From Lytechinus pictus (lineage: Eukaryota), in contig NC_087252.1 in the NCBI RefSeq assembly GCF_037042905.1, positions 6,326,001-6,390,000 of the forward strand: a DNA stretch of 64,000 nucleotides, given 5' to 3'. The notes beneath the pieces are model-generated. The model had not been told where the DNA came from and searched no databases. It saw only the letters and a list, made by a program, of their open reading frames with translations. The position numbers were made by a program, and so were the translations under genes. Positions 1-13,745 of the stretch are shown here, piece after piece. Positions within the stretch are counted from its first letter, which is position 1. Each line of letters starts with the position of its first letter.

Positions 1-299
1 TGTATTCATCACTCGTATTGCCAGAAAATAATTTTATCACTCGTATATAGACCTAAATAGCATATACGACATACCGCTCCTCTTTAAAACAGGATATATG
101 TGTCGGTTGCTGTATATCTAGGCCCTTTTGCTAATAGTTATAATTGGCAATGTGTGCTTGCCAGAGGTTTGCCAGACAAAGTGACAGTAAAATACATAGA
201 TCACAATAAAGAATGCATTTTGGAATTGAAAATGACATATGTAGTATATACCATTAAAAACAACCTCGCCAGAATTTATCGTAGAAACAATTGAGTACT

Positions 300-1481
300 G
301 TGGTGGGTCGGTATAGGAGAACAAGGGGGCGGGCTCCGGTGTTCCGGGCCTTCATACCCTTATTTTTAGATTGTTTAAAGGTTAAACAGTTATGGAAGGA
401 GGTCATCAAAAAGCTTCATTTAAAGGAAGTTAGGATTGATGATTGGAAAACAATTTTCATCGGTCTATCTGGTAAATGTGTGAGAATACATGCAATAAAC
501 TGTATAATCTTTCTGCTAAAACATATAATTTTTATTTCTAGAGGAAAGGGCGAGCTACCATCCGTACAAAGAACAACAGATATGAACAGAAACGAAGAAT
601 ATAATATAGCCAAGAAAACAGGGAATTTGGGAGTACACTTAAGAAAATGGGAACAAATTGGTGCATTTCTTTGACTTTTCATTTATCGTATTCTATTTTA
701 TTTTATTTTATTCCTTTTTTCAATGATACAAAGTTACAGATCGACAGACCGGAACGGATGTGCTACCTGTTGTATGATGTGTGTGCGTGAGGGTTTTTGT
801 GTGCGTGTTTTTTTTTTTTTTTTTGGGGGGGGGGGTTGTATGTTTGTGTGGTAGAGAGTGTGGGGTGCGTGGGTGAGTGAAAGATTATTATGTAACCTTC
901 CTCTTAAGGATCATAGAGTTTCATGAAAAAAGTAGTTTATTTGATTTGACATAATTTTGATATTAACATGATATAAATATTGAGGTAGTTTTATTCTATA
1001 TTATGTACTTTTTTGGGGGAAAAAATTATAAGAGTTTTCATATTTAAAAAAAATATATATATATATATATTCGGGTTAAAACTTTACGGTTTGAAGAAAT
1101 TGTACAGTTATATTGATTTGAGATAATTTTGATATGAATTTATATGCTCTTATTGTATTTTTTTAAATTTTATATGAGATACTTAGTTTGTGAATAACTT
1201 GTTTTGCGATATTTGGAATTTTGTCGATTGATATGGGTTTTTTCCCTTTGCTTTCACATTGTTATAGAAGAGAAATTTGGCAGTTTAATTTCATTTGTAA
1301 TCATTTAAAAATATTTGTAATCTCATTGATATTGATATATTTATTTGTTTGATTGTTTATTGATTGTATACATGCAAAGAATCTTTATTTATATGAATTG
1401 TGATTGTAAACTTATTGATTTGAAAGAGGAAGAAAATAAAATATTATTCAAAACAAAAAAAAAATCATTAAAAAAAAAAAA
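300..1481 (+). mobile_element. 5'-truncated L1/Tx1-like LINE remnant (ORF2 C-terminus, T-rich 3' UTR, A-tail)
   Basis: ORF 291-674 encodes LFLDCLKVKQLWKEV...INCIIFLLKHIIF...EYNIAKK...KW, resembling the C-terminal Zn-knuckle region of L1/Tx1 ORF2. AATAAA at 1435-1440 is followed by A-rich runs to ~1481. The 5' boundary is approximate. Confidence 0.6.
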
Positions 1482-2158
1482 CCCTTGGATGTCCTACAAG
1501 TTTATTACTTAAATAAATTGGGTTTCTATTTTCGGGCCCAATCGTAGACCCCCTCCCCTTCCGGGCCCTTTTCTTATGCTGTGAGAACACTCCGAAAATG
1601 ATCTATTAACAAAAGATAATTAACTCTCTGCACGCTGAATTAATTTTTGGGGGATAATAATGACAATAATTGTTTCCATGCTATTTTCTTTAATTCAAGA
1701 TTTCCATATTGTACCATGGATACTTATTATTATTATTATAATATAAATGTTATCTAAGAACTATTGCCTTTTATTAGCTTATCTAATTTGAAGGTAGGGG
1801 AGAAAACTAATTATTACGATTGTTGAATCTAATTATACGAATGTGCAATATTCCAACATCAGCGCGCAAAGGTTTACAAATTATCAGAGAGGTGCAAAAT
1901 TAAATTTCGAGAAAACGAAAATAAAATGTATCTTTTAAAAGACACTCAGATTTTTTTTTTCATTTAATTCATTCTGTTTTTTTTTTACCATTGAATATCG
2001 ATGTGATTAGATTTTGTTTTAGAGTGTATCCTGAAACTTGAAAAGAATGCACGAAACTGTAATCAAAAGTTGTAATCATGCATCTTTTGTGAATTTGAAA
2101 TAGGTCCTTTGGTGGGGTGGCAGTGAAGAACCCCAAATTTGTATACATTTTTTTTAAC

Positions 2159-4507
2159 ATTATTTATTTATTTATTTATTTAAAACGGTTTAATTCAACA
2201 AGGGTGTCTATAGCGGCTGAAAAGCCGAATTGCATTACCCTTTACAATCATTTACATAAAAAATACAATCAAAATCAAACAAAGAACAACTGAATTTACA
2301 CGAATTCTACATCTTAAATACACTTATATCACGATATAAATTAAATTAAATAATAAATTGATACTGATACTGATAGTACATGCATTTGTTGTAAAATGTT
2401 GTTAAAAAATCGTACAGATTAATTAAAAATTAACATCTGAATGGCAAGACTCGTTTGTTTTCTTTCCCGTAATAATCCTGATTAAAAATGTTATAATGAA
2501 ATAATAGTTGTTTACTCAAAGCAAAGGACAGAGAGAGTTACAATGGAAATTAGAAAGAGAGAGAAATTGAGCGAAAATCAAAGAGAGAGAAATGAGGGGA
2601 AAGAGGGAGAGAGAAAGGAGAAAAGCAACGAGGTGAATTGAGATAGTAAAAAAAGACAGATTGTCATAAAGAGAGATTGCGAGTGTACAACAGATGGATA
2701 CGTTATTGATTGATTGCACTTCCTATATAAAATTTGAGAATTTACAAAACAAAAAAACGTAACTCCAGTCATGTAAATGAACCTAATGTACAGCTACAGA
2801 GGCCTGTGAAATGGATCCTGTAACCAAGGGCAAGACAAAAGAACGTAAAACAGTCTTAACATATGAATTCTTAGCAAAGCGTCATATATAAAAATTAAAA
2901 AGAGGCATAGAAAGTAGAGATAGATAGATAGATAAAAGGCTAAGTATCTAAGGGATAAAATGGAGAAGGGTAAAGCAAGAAATGGAGCTAGGAAGAGAGA
3001 GAAAGGAAAGAAACAAAGAAAGAAAGAAAGGGAGCTTAAGAAGGAAAGAATGAAAGAGGGATAGAAAGAAAGAAAAAAAGGAAAGAAAGAAAGAAAGAGA
3101 AAATGGAGGAGAGAGAGAAACGAAAAAAAACAGAGAGAAGAAAAAAATTAGTAATTATTAAAAGAATTAAGTTAATGAAAACTGGAAGAAGAGAGGGAAA
3201 GAAAAGAATGAAATAGGAAACCAAAAGAAAAAAAAACGAAGAACAGACAGAAATGTAGACTGAATTAAGAGAGAAGATGAAAACTTATTAAGTGGATAAA
3301 AAAAAAAGACTAAAGGAATTCAAACGTATAAAGGATGAGGGAATTAGAAAGACGCATGCACTGCAAGCTGATTCACAACATGTGGTTGAAAATATATTAA
3401 TTACAGTGAGAATTCAATAGTCGGATTAGATATGGCAAAGGACTATTTCTATGCCTAACAGTTTTACATTGCACTTCGGTATATTTGTTATTGTTTCTGA
3501 GATTCTTAGAGTGTGATTCACCGCGTGTTTGGGGAAGCCAATGTCTGAACCTCGCGCTAGGACCCAAGAGTCTCTGCGCGAAGCTGAGACAGAGGCATTC
3601 CCTGCGGTGACTCAGTTTTGGCAAACGGCACCGCTGGAGAGCATTCTCGTAGGAAGTGTACTGAAATCCTAGAATCATGCGACACGCGCGCTTCTGAATA
3701 CGTTCAATTTGAACAACTTGGGTAGAAGTTAAGCCCGAGCTCCACACGGGAGCGCAATACTCGAGCACCGGTCGAATGTAAGAAACATAGATTTTAACCA
3801 AATCGTCAATTGGCAGTCGAAACCTGATTAGATTTCGCAGCATGTGCAGTCTCACGTTTGCCTTCCTTACCATTTCATTTACATGTGAAGACCATTTAAG
3901 ATCACTCTGTATATTAACCCCTAGTAACTTTATACAATCTGTTTGAGTAATTTCTTGACCCTCAATTAATAAAATTATTGGCAGAGGAGGGTTACGCATG
4001 AACGTTACTGTCATACTTGAACATTTCTTGGGATTCAGTTTCATATTATTATTGAGAGTCCATTGTTCTAACTCGGTCACACTTGATTGGATATTAGATG
4101 GAGCGGACGATTTTCTACTCTCCAACAATGTGAGGTCATCTACATACTTCCAGTAGGATGGGGGATTAGGACTGTTGCACGCATCGTTGATTATTGCAAG
4201 GAAAACAATGGGGCCAAGTCTTGTCCCTTGTGGAGCACCTGTATTAACTTCTAGCCAATCAGAGAAAGATGTGCGATACTTTACGCTCTGTTGTCTGTTG
4301 TTCAGAAAGTCCGCTATCCACGCGATAGCGCTCGGGCGGACGTTCATTTGAAGCAACTTGGCAATGGCTATGTTGTGGTTAATCCTGTCGAACGCTTTGC
4401 TAAAATCAGTTGTAACAATCGTGGTGATCATTTTCGACTTTTCTGCGTTACTGTGGATCATCTGAAGTAAATCGATCAAGTAGTGCGAGGTTGAGATTCC
4501 CTTCGTG
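2159..4507 (-). mobile_element. 5'-truncated CR1/L2-group non-LTR retrotransposon
   Basis: RT-encoding ORF 3397-4479, then a long pyrimidine-rich 3' UTR on the minus strand ending in an (AAAT)n-type tail at ~2159-2180. Boundaries approximate. Confidence 0.75.
3397..4479 (-). CDS. LINE reverse transcriptase (ORF2 C-terminal part, 5'-truncated)
   Basis: Motifs DFSKAFD, GAPQGTRLGP, YVDD, NNMKLNPKK, KLLGV, IRPVLEYCAPVW and IERIQKRA are typical of CR1/L2/Jockey-group RTs. No internal stop over 360 codons. Confidence 0.9.
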   Translation of the reverse strand: MIDLLQMIHSNAEKSKMITTIVTTDFSKAFDRINHNIAIAKLLQMNVRPSAIAWIADFLNNRQQSVKYRTSFSDWLEVNTGAPQGTRLGPIVFLAIINDACNSPNPPSYWKYVDDLTLLESRKSSAPSNIQSSVTELEQWTLNNNMKLNPKKCSSMTVTFMRNPPLPIILLIEGQEITQTDCIKLLGVNIQSDLKWSSHVNEMVRKANVRLHMLRNLIRFRLPIDDLVKIYVSYIRPVLEYCAPVWSSGLTSTQVVQIERIQKRACRMILGFQYTSYENALQRCRLPKLSHRRECLCLSFAQRLLGPSARFRHWLPQTRGESHSKNLRNNNKYTEVQCKTVRHRNSPLPYLIRLLNSHCN

Positions 4508-7500
4508 TTTTAAGTTTTTTAAGTGGTTTTTAAGTGGTTTTAATTTCTTTTAGCCTCATTTTTTTTTCGTTTTCCTGTAGAAGTTAATCTTGTCGTTTTG
4601 ACTTTTTTTCATGCCATATTTATGCCGTACTTATTCATTTATTTAGAAATCAGAGTAAATATGGTTGGGTTGTTTATTCGCTGAGTATGGTTTATTATAA
4701 TATCAAAACTTTATTTTTTGTTTTCAGTTCCTTTTTGGGCTGTGTATCAAGGTGCCAATATAAATGATGTATTATTTTAGGAAAGTTTAGAAGTCAACAA
4801 AAAAGAGTAAAGTCTGTGGTGAAGAATATGACCTGAGTCAGCTTTCAGCATCTCCTTCTCACTTTGTCTCCAATCAAAATGTTTCCTGTCACTTAATTAA
4901 CGATCAAAACAAGCTGAGAAATTTAGCTCTTTTTTACTTCAAAAGCCCAGGAACTTTTCTCCAGGGCCCCAACCTAATTTAACCCCCGCCCGAACTCGCC
5001 CCCTTTTCATCTACTCTCCCATGGGACAATTTCATTACTTTGAAAACAAAATTAATAATGGGTCATGGGGTCACGGTGACTCACGTAACATTAAGGGAGC
5101 CTCATATTGATATCTTTATTCCGCTCATAAATATGTAGGCCCCACTGTTGCATAAATAAATGAAATTGATTATATTGACGATATTGATGAGCAGTGCACC
5201 CTCTTCATTATTATCATCATAATAGATAATCATAATGATGATGATGATAATAATAACAACAACAACTATAATAATAGTCATGGAAACAGGTATTATAATA
5301 ATGATTAAAATGATAGTGAAACAATATTTTTATTTATGATGATGTCGAGGGAAAAAAGAAAGAAAACGGAGGGAAAAAAGGAAGAAAGGAAAGAAGACAA
5401 ATAAGTAGGAGAATAATGATAATGATAATAAAATAATAATAAGAAGAAGAAGAAAAAGAAAGAGAAGAAGACATAATTTAGCTCGCATTATGTCGACTCA
5501 TAAGGACTTAATTTGCGATACACTCTAGTTACTAAATCTTAGGGTTCGTTTTCATAAAGAGTTATATTTTCAATCTTTTTATCACAGATGAGATTGTGGA
5601 AATAAATGTATAAAGAGTACTTAAACCACTTAGTTTATTTAAGAAATGTAATTATATCGTGATTATAGAACGAAATGTAAGCGATATGTACACGAACAAC
5701 ATTTCCCTCAGCATATTATCATTCCTGGCGGTCTGTGGCAATTCTAATTAACCCAACACTACCCAAAATTCATAGAGGAGACGTTCAAATCATACTATCA
5801 ATTTTCAAACTTGTTTTTTCTTCACACTGTTAAATCTTTCATTTTGAGCAAGATTGTAGACGTGGCATACCCGAATAGCTTTAATTGTGTGTAAATTAAA
5901 ACGAGACAAAAATCGAGTTGGTTATCAGCCAAATCTGAGGATTTTGTTCAATAGAAGAGCTTCCTGTTCAGGGATAAATCAAAATGAGGGTAGGATAAAG
6001 CCGCCCCTTGATTTGACGGGGTGTCACCCCCGTTAAAGGGGGACTGTCCTCAGTGGAGGTCACTACACAGTTTAGGGGTCTCAAACTATGTGCTGTAGAC
6101 TAGTCTTGATACATAAACCTTTGATGGAATGATGTAAGATGTGATAATTTTAGTATCAATTATTATTATTATTTGACAGTGTTTGATGTCGGTCAGAAAA
6201 TGAGAATACTGAAAAAATGAACTCAGATCCTTTTGTTCATTCTTGTACGATTGTTCTAATTTTGACAATCGTTATACTGAGTTTATATACTGCACGACAA
6301 CTGTGTGTGTAGCTGAAATGTTTTTTTTATTATTTTAAACACTCTTACAACTTTTTCAAAACTATTTTAATGCTTAAACTTTTTTCAAACAATTTAATTG
6401 TTTAACAGCTTAATTTTTAAACTTTTGAAAATAGTTATTAGTGTGTCAGGCTTAAACAACATGCTTGAAATGTTAAACAACGTTTTATAACAGATGTTCA
6501 TTGCTGCTATTGTCTCTGTCTCTATGTTGAAAATAATATGATTCAACAAATGAAACGAGTTTTAAAAAATCGTGAATAATAAACCATATCCCCCTAAAAA
6601 ACCACGAAAATATAAAAATAAAGATAAATATTAATGATAATCCGACATTATTCGCAGGGAATTTGTGGGTGAGATGTGAAAGAACGGAGTGAGGGAGAAG
6701 GGGAGAGAGAACTTTTGAGAGGGGGTATAGAGAGAGAGAGAGAGAGAGACGTTGGGCCGCGGGGGGGGGGGGGTTGAGAGGAAGCGGGGGCGAGGCGATA
6801 GATAGATAGGGAGAAGCAAGAAATCATAAAGTTTATTTCCTCATACATGTATTGATCAATGCCTTTTGGACAGAATCCCAATATGTGGTAACATCATAAA
6901 CCTCAATCTTGGCAAAGAATCGTTTGAATACAAACAAGTACGTGAGACAAACAACTTCTAACGGATTGCGAATTAAAATTATTAAATCAGATTATGCCAT
7001 AATCATTTATTCTCGATAAAGTCGCTATACCTATAAAATCATTCATAGAAGTAATATGCCACAAACATTTTATTTCATAAAATATCTTTCCACTTATCTG
7101 TCAGTGAAACTTGTTTTTAATCAAAATATGATGATAGATATTGATCAAATTTACAGAAGGGACGATTTAAATGAATATTTATACTGTATATATTTTTTTT
7201 ATAAAAACATATAACACTCTTAAAAAGGTTTGGCAAAAAGGCGAAATTTTTAACCATCACTGGGCAACATATTGTCCACACAACTATTGGTTAAAATCTG
7301 TCCAAATTGGATAATAAAAACTAATAATTGGGTAATAAATTTGCTCAATTGGATAATAATTGCACCAATATATATTTTTACCGACATACATTACCCAACA
7401 CAGTGGACAGTATCTTGCCCAATATTTGAAGCGTGTATGGTGAAATTTCCGTTTTAGCTCAAAATATTGGAATTAGCTTGAACATTAAGGTCGTGAATGC

Positions 7501-9501
7501 CTAGGGGCCTAGGGTGAAACTGGATCAGGCGAATTTGGTTGGTAATTATTATTGAAATCGAATCCAAGAAAGGATTATTTGCATGTTACGATACTGTAAA
7601 GAATTGTTATTGAAAAAAAAAAAAACGATATGTGTCCAAAAGCATCGCTTTCAAAACTTTGAAGTTTCCGCATACATTTTCTCTTTTCTTTAGCTTATTT
7701 CCCCATTATATTCCTTGACCCGAAAATTGGAAAATCACAGAGGGCGTTCCACCCCCCCTCCCCCTTATTTCATGCTTTGTTGACCTGACTCCTTTTGCAC
7801 TCACAGTTGTGCATGGTAGACTCTGCTTTATCATAATGGCGCCATAAAAATGATTGCGAAATTCAATGATGCAATAACCGACTTAAATTGCTGGTCCCCA
7901 ATTGCAACACGATGAACATGCTCGTGATTCTGGAAGGTTCTTACTTATTATGGTTCTTTCGATCATTGTCCAACTGATTATTTTTCTTTTATCAATGATA
8001 ATGGAATACAGACATGCAGGCCTATATACATGTAGGTACACCCCCCCCCCCCTCCCGCGGACCTCCCTTCCGACCCCTCGATATTCGCGAGTTGAAGTGG
8101 TTTACTCGTTAATAAACAAGTTTCTTTTCTTTGGTTTACTCGTGTTAATAAACAAGTTTCTTTTTTTATTAAGAGACCTAAATACTTCCTTCCTCTCTAT
8201 ATACAGCGGTATAATTTTTGTGCACGGATTAATTATCTGGGGATAATTTGGTCAGTCTGTTTTGTGATAATCCTGACATAGGCATTAATGTGTTAATCCC
8301 GATTCACTAAGACAAGTCATAAAACAATCAGCTACAAGAGAATGGGGGGGGGGGTGGCATGATTTTAGGGGGTGGATCTAACCCATACTGGACTTATCGG
8401 GAAAAAAAATATGCTACCCGCATGTTCAATAATATTATGGACGTGGAGTGTGTATTTCCAAATGAATGTCGTACTATTTATAAATCGAAACCAAAATCAG
8501 ATACGATGGGATTTACTCATCTGATCATGTGACAAAAAAAAATCCATTGTGTCGTTGTGAAAAACAACTTATGATGCCAACGCTGGCTTTGTGCCATAAT
8601 GACACGTAGTATACTATGAGTAGAATGTTCGACAGCAAGATATGATTATTTATTGATATGTGTGTATTTTTTCCACGTCATCTTCTTCTTTACTGTGATT
8701 ATAGGCCCTACAACATCTGCACGTGCCTTTTCGGGGTATTTTTTTCATTTCGCCTTTTTGTTATGACTTGATATACCACCCCGCCCTAATTCAGCGACCA
8801 TAATGTGACGCAAACAATAACATATAATTTTCTCACAATGCAACCTGCCTTCATTCACGTTGCACTCCAATGGTTGTATAAAAAAAGATATTTTCTATGC
8901 CGAGAATTGTTACCACACCCTCTAAATAAATCGAATTTCATTGATTCTGAGACACTAATGCAATGTTCCAGTTTGATGACGCAACGATAAAAAAAAAATC
9001 AGAAATGGATGCACAGTTCTTGCGTTCTGTTATTAAATCTCATTCAATTTGGAATTTATCTGTACAAACAATGAATGAAAAGAGACAGTATATAGTCAAT
9101 TCTACAAATTAAATGATTGTTGGATTCGATTGTTACGGGTGTTTGGTTTGGATTTTATCTGTTTTTTATATATAATTTGTTTAAGGGCGCAGTGTCATTT
9201 TAATATTTTGGCTGCATGTATTTTATTTTAGTAAACTTCTATCATTTTTACTATTATATCCTCGTATATTATACATGTACATTATTTATACCGTTTTATT
9301 CATTTTATTCAAACCACGTATAATTAAGTAGCTTTTTCAAAAATCTGTTAAAACGGCCGCCATAGAGCAAATGTGACTGATGTATCAATATTAATAACTG
9401 CACTCTTTCTTCTAATTAGAATTTCTACATTATATCTCCATGTAGTGTTATATTGGCATTGGAGAATAGGCCTATTATTCAGATATTGCCTACCTAGAGT
9501 T

Positions 9502-9640
9502 TGAATATAACTTTTCGTTTCCCCGACGGAGTTATATTTTTTCCAAGGGATTATATTTTGCCCAAAGCGCGCAGCGCTGAGGGAAAATATTCTCCCGAGG
9601 GAATGATATAACTCCGGAGGGGAGTTGAAATATTATTTAT
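9502..9640. repeat. Palindromic non-autonomous element fragment (Crypton-like hairpin)
   Basis: Imperfect inverted arms (cggagttatat...atataactccg) around the loop gcgcgcagcgc. Confidence 0.4.
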
Positions 9641-12121
9641 TAAAAAGATTCGAATATACATAACCTACGTAATATATCCTGCTATTTTATAGCCCTACAC
9701 AGATTGTATATTGTTCTTGTCACCCACTCCCGCCCTTATTCATTCATTTTGTCATTTCCCGTGCAAAGAGAACAAAGACATTCATAACAAAACAGCGGTC
9801 TCTCTGGCTTGACTTAACCTTAGAATATCCTCATTGTCAGGGTTAGAAATACTTATTCAAGGGTGCTATCATTAACTGAGTTTAGCCATAAACCATTATC
9901 AAAACCAAAGATTAACCTAGTATACTTGTATGGACGACCGTGACTCATACCTCAAATCAGTTTCTCGGTATTTTGGTTAGCAAACTAAACATACAACAAA
10001 AATAAGCCGCCCCCCTCCCGTCAAAATGACAAATTTGAATAACTGGTTTTAAACTTTGTTAGATTTAAACGTTTTTGTATGGAGAGTAACTATCCCGAAA
10101 AACAGTTTGATTTGGGGTAGACATGCAGGAATAGGCATATAATATCTGAGAGAATAAAAATAATCATTAGTAAGAATTTATACGGATTTGAATCCCAAAA
10201 CCAGATGTGTGTGTGTGTGTTTTTTTTTTTTACTTAATGGCATTTAATCGATCCTGGGTTTGCATGACTTATTTAGACTGAGGTTCCGTCTTTGTGTTTA
10301 GTCTCTAAACACTCATTAAGAGCGAATTTCAGGTTGTACGTTGTCCCCTTTTCGGTAGGGAGACTTTTTGAGCAGCGCACCAATGTTGCAGAAAAACTAT
10401 TTTGTCGAAAACTCATTTCCTCTTTCACACCAACAGTTTTCAAATTCACGGTAAGTTCACACATTCACTGACAACGCAAAAAAAAGGGGGGGGGGGGGGA
10501 ATGTATTATGCATGTATGTATATCGCACCGCGCTCAAACAATAAGCACCACAATATGTAGACATTTCTTGTCAAGAGAAAGAGCCCTCTTTTCCCTCACT
10601 GAGTATACATGTACATGCACCTAATGTAGGCCTATATCATTAAATCAACAGTTTGCCAATGCCAAGCATTCATTGTTCAACTACCACCTGCCACAACAAT
10701 CTTTTATCAACGGGCTACTGTATTAATTGAATAAATGATTGAAGTGCACATATTAGTTACATTCACCTGTGATAATACATCTATTCCTAGTATAGGTAGA
10801 ATATTGACAGACCTATTTACCAATGCATTCAAATTAAAATTATTACTACTTTTAAACAAAGATTGTACTTGAAAATCTGAAAGCTTGCCAGGAATTGCCA
10901 TCCATAGCAACAAGTAATTATGTAGCTAGTTCAAATAAAGTGGTTGAATCAGTTGGTAAAAACTAACAATCCTTCTGGCAAATTGTCAATTGAATTTTGT
11001 TGTTTTTTTAGGTCACATAAAGATGTCTCGCCCAATGAAAAATGTGTAATGGATTGCAATTCACATTCTTCTAGGGCAAGTACTGCTTCAAAGTTCAATG
11101 CAATGAAGATACAATAAAAAATGACAATTGATTGAATTACAAGTATTCTTAACAGGTGAATGGAACTATGCCAATACACATCCAAAAGAATCGGTACACA
11201 CACACACACATAACCCCACCTCACACACACAACATACATCAGAGAGTTTTAGATTTGTTCAGGGATTCTAGTACAACACCGCTTGATTAAAAAAAAAGGG
11301 GGTCCCATTCTGTACAAATTTGTTCTTTTCCAATTAAATAACACGATTTAAGTCGGATAATAAATCAATAACAAGTTTTTGTTTTTGAAATAGGGTCTAT
11401 CATCTGAGCTCACTCAAACTTTGACTTGGCAAAGTGTTTGAATATTGGTCTATGAATCAATGTAGAACTAAATTTCAATCACCCAAGCATTCACGTTTAT
11501 TAAGGAACATATAATGATAACAACATTAACTTGTAAATTTAATATTTGTCATTTGATGTTTTATTATTTTTTTTCCATCTAGAAATAAATATTTTCTCCA
11601 TTCATGATTCAATTATTTTACACAAGTCTGTATTGTCTTTGGCATGATTTCAACAAAAAAAGTCACACCCGACAAACAGACAGTCTATACAGAATTTCAG
11701 TACTTTGGCATTATAAACACACATTCTGGAAATTCACAGCATATTTTTCTTCTTAACAAAGGGCTTAGATGAATGGCAGAGTCCGATACCTGTTACCAAC
11801 ATTCACAAAACATAAAAAAAGGATTTAAAAAAACAACGACTAATGCACATATTGAAAGATGTCATGACATTGTACAAATTGATATTAAAAATGTGAAAGA
11901 GACATATGAATCGAGTGCCATTTAAGCACTATTCCATAATCTCTTATTCCAAGATACAAAAACAACATCAAATCAACCACGCAGCATCAGTTATTACAAG
12001 CACCAAAAAGAAGAATATTTTAAAAATCTATAAAAACCATTAAAAATATGAGAGCCCAAAGGGAGTCACAACATTTGCACCATAGGGAATGAGAGTTTGA
12101 AGGGGGAGGGGGGATGGGGGG

Positions 12122-12476
12122 CTAAGCCTGGGCTGCCACGGACTTGTTGACCCATCTGTATTGTTCCTGTTTTGGTTGACGGACCCACACCTTGTTCTGA
12201 GGGCGGTGAATGACTCGGGGCGTGTTGGCTGCATTCCTGCTGAAAACAAACTGAGAGTTCATCGTCTTGCGACCGCCGTTCGGCCGGAGGTTGTCGTTGA
12301 AGACGGGCTTGGGGCTGGCAGGTTGAGAGGGAATGTTGGCGAGTTGATTTGCATTTTTGTTATTGTCCTGTTGGAGATTGTTGGCATTGTTTGTTGAGGA
12401 CACAGGAGTTGATGGTCGGTTGTCCGTTTGTTGGTTGAATGTAGCTACTTCACAAACGGTTCCCCTCTCTCCAAAT
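12122..12476 (-). CDS. BTG4: BTG3/BTG4-family antiproliferative protein, coding exon 2 of 2
   Basis: Acceptor ttccttgtacgtAG at 12477-12478. The phase-2 join gives VSCR|FGER. C-terminal EQYRWVN resembles the BTG3/4 D-R-x-H-W-[VI]-N tail. Stop at 12122-12124. Confidence 0.85.
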
Positions 12477-12908
12477 CTACGTACAAGGAAATAAAATACG
12501 AATATATTATTACTCATAAAATCAACAAAATTTAATTTAATCAGATAAAGACTAAGATACATTTATAAATCTGATTTGCTGATATTGTGATGAAATCTCA
12601 TTGTTGATTGATTTAAAGTTTCCATTATGTTTTTTTTATAATTCTGTTTCACCGTACTAAATAAGATGTTGCAAAACAAGAGTGGAATTGGAAGCTACAA
12701 CATGTAGACCTATGTTGAAACAGATTTTATGTGTAGATTTTTTATGTGTTCTCACAAATTTGGAAAATTTTGTGCAAATCCAGAACGCATAATTTTTATT
12801 TCTTATTTGTGTAAGGCAGAATTTTTCCCTTTTTTTTCTTGGTTGCAATGAAATTTGATTGCAACTCTCATTGACATTGCTGAAGAAAAATATGTGAGGG
12901 CAACTGAC

Positions 12909-13219
12909 CTGCAACTAACTTCCATAGGATCGACCCAAAGAGTCAATTCTGCAGGCAAGTTGAGGTGATTGTAATGGATTCCGCAGTCTTTGGCAGTCTT
13001 ACTGATGACACTGTCCCTGGGCTCGTTTCGGCTGACACGAATGCAGCGATACGCTTGTCCTTTCGAGGGCTTGTCTTCGTACCAGTGATTTCTGAACTTC
13101 TCAACAAGAGTCAACGCTAACTTCTCTGAGAATTTACTTAACTGTTCAGCTGTCAGGCTCGTGTTTCTCTTCACGATCCTCGTCAGAAATACAACTGCTG
13201 CGGCTATTTCGTCCTTCAT
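12909..13219 (-). CDS. BTG4: BTG3/BTG4-family (maternal B9.10/B9.15-like) protein, coding exon 1 of 2; BTG/Tob domain; full protein 221 aa
   Basis: MKDEIAAAVVFL...HWYEDKPSKGQAYRCIR (box A)...LPAELTLWVDPMEVSCR (box B). 311-nt exon with donor AG|GTCAGT at 12907-12908. BTG3 versus BTG4 orthology is not resolvable by eye. Confidence 0.92.
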
Positions 13220-13619
13220 GTTGTCAGCTATGTCTGCATGAATGTGAAATCTAACTCCAAAAGTATCAATCCCAGTGCAAAGTTCCACGTAGTCTCTCCG
13301 TGTAATGTATCAAAATATTAAGGCCTCGGGCTCGCTGGAACGAAATTCCTTTGTTGTGTCAAGCTGATCAAAATCGCAAATTGCGCTAAATCTTCGAATC
13401 CTTCAAAAGGCAAATTTTGACTGTAGTGAGATAAAGACAGGATGAACAGCTTAAGATGACTGGTTAGGGCTGTTTGGAATGTCTTTTTAGAAGAACGACG
13501 AATAATCTGCAACGTATTCGTGACTCATTCTTAGAACACAAATTCACGGAAGACGAACGCGAAGCGAGTGAGCAAGCTATGACAACAACTCACAACAACA
13601 GCTGAGCAGCTCCGCGCGT

Positions 13620-13745
13620 TGTGTGTAACAGTAAATAAAACGTCATATTGATCACGTGCGAAGCTTGCCCAATCAGAACTCAGGGAAGGGGCGTTCCCAC
13701 GCAAAAAGTGTAAACAGTTACCATGACGCATGCAAATTAACACCA
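13620..13745 (-). promoter_or_regulatory. Putative BTG proximal promoter: transcription-factor motif cluster
   Basis: GTAAATA 13631-37, ACGTCA 13640-45, TCACGTG 13652-58, CCAAT 13669-73, TTCCCACG 13694-13701, TGTAAACA 13709-16 and ATGCAAAT 13730-37 all lie within ~110 bp, 400-520 bp upstream of the ATG. Confidence 0.55.

Noticed and set aside
12803..13288. The 161-aa ORF as the complete BTG protein
   Set aside because: It starts at a non-ATG codon upstream of MKDEI and reads through the donor at 12908 into the intron. The spliced two-exon model fits the family better.
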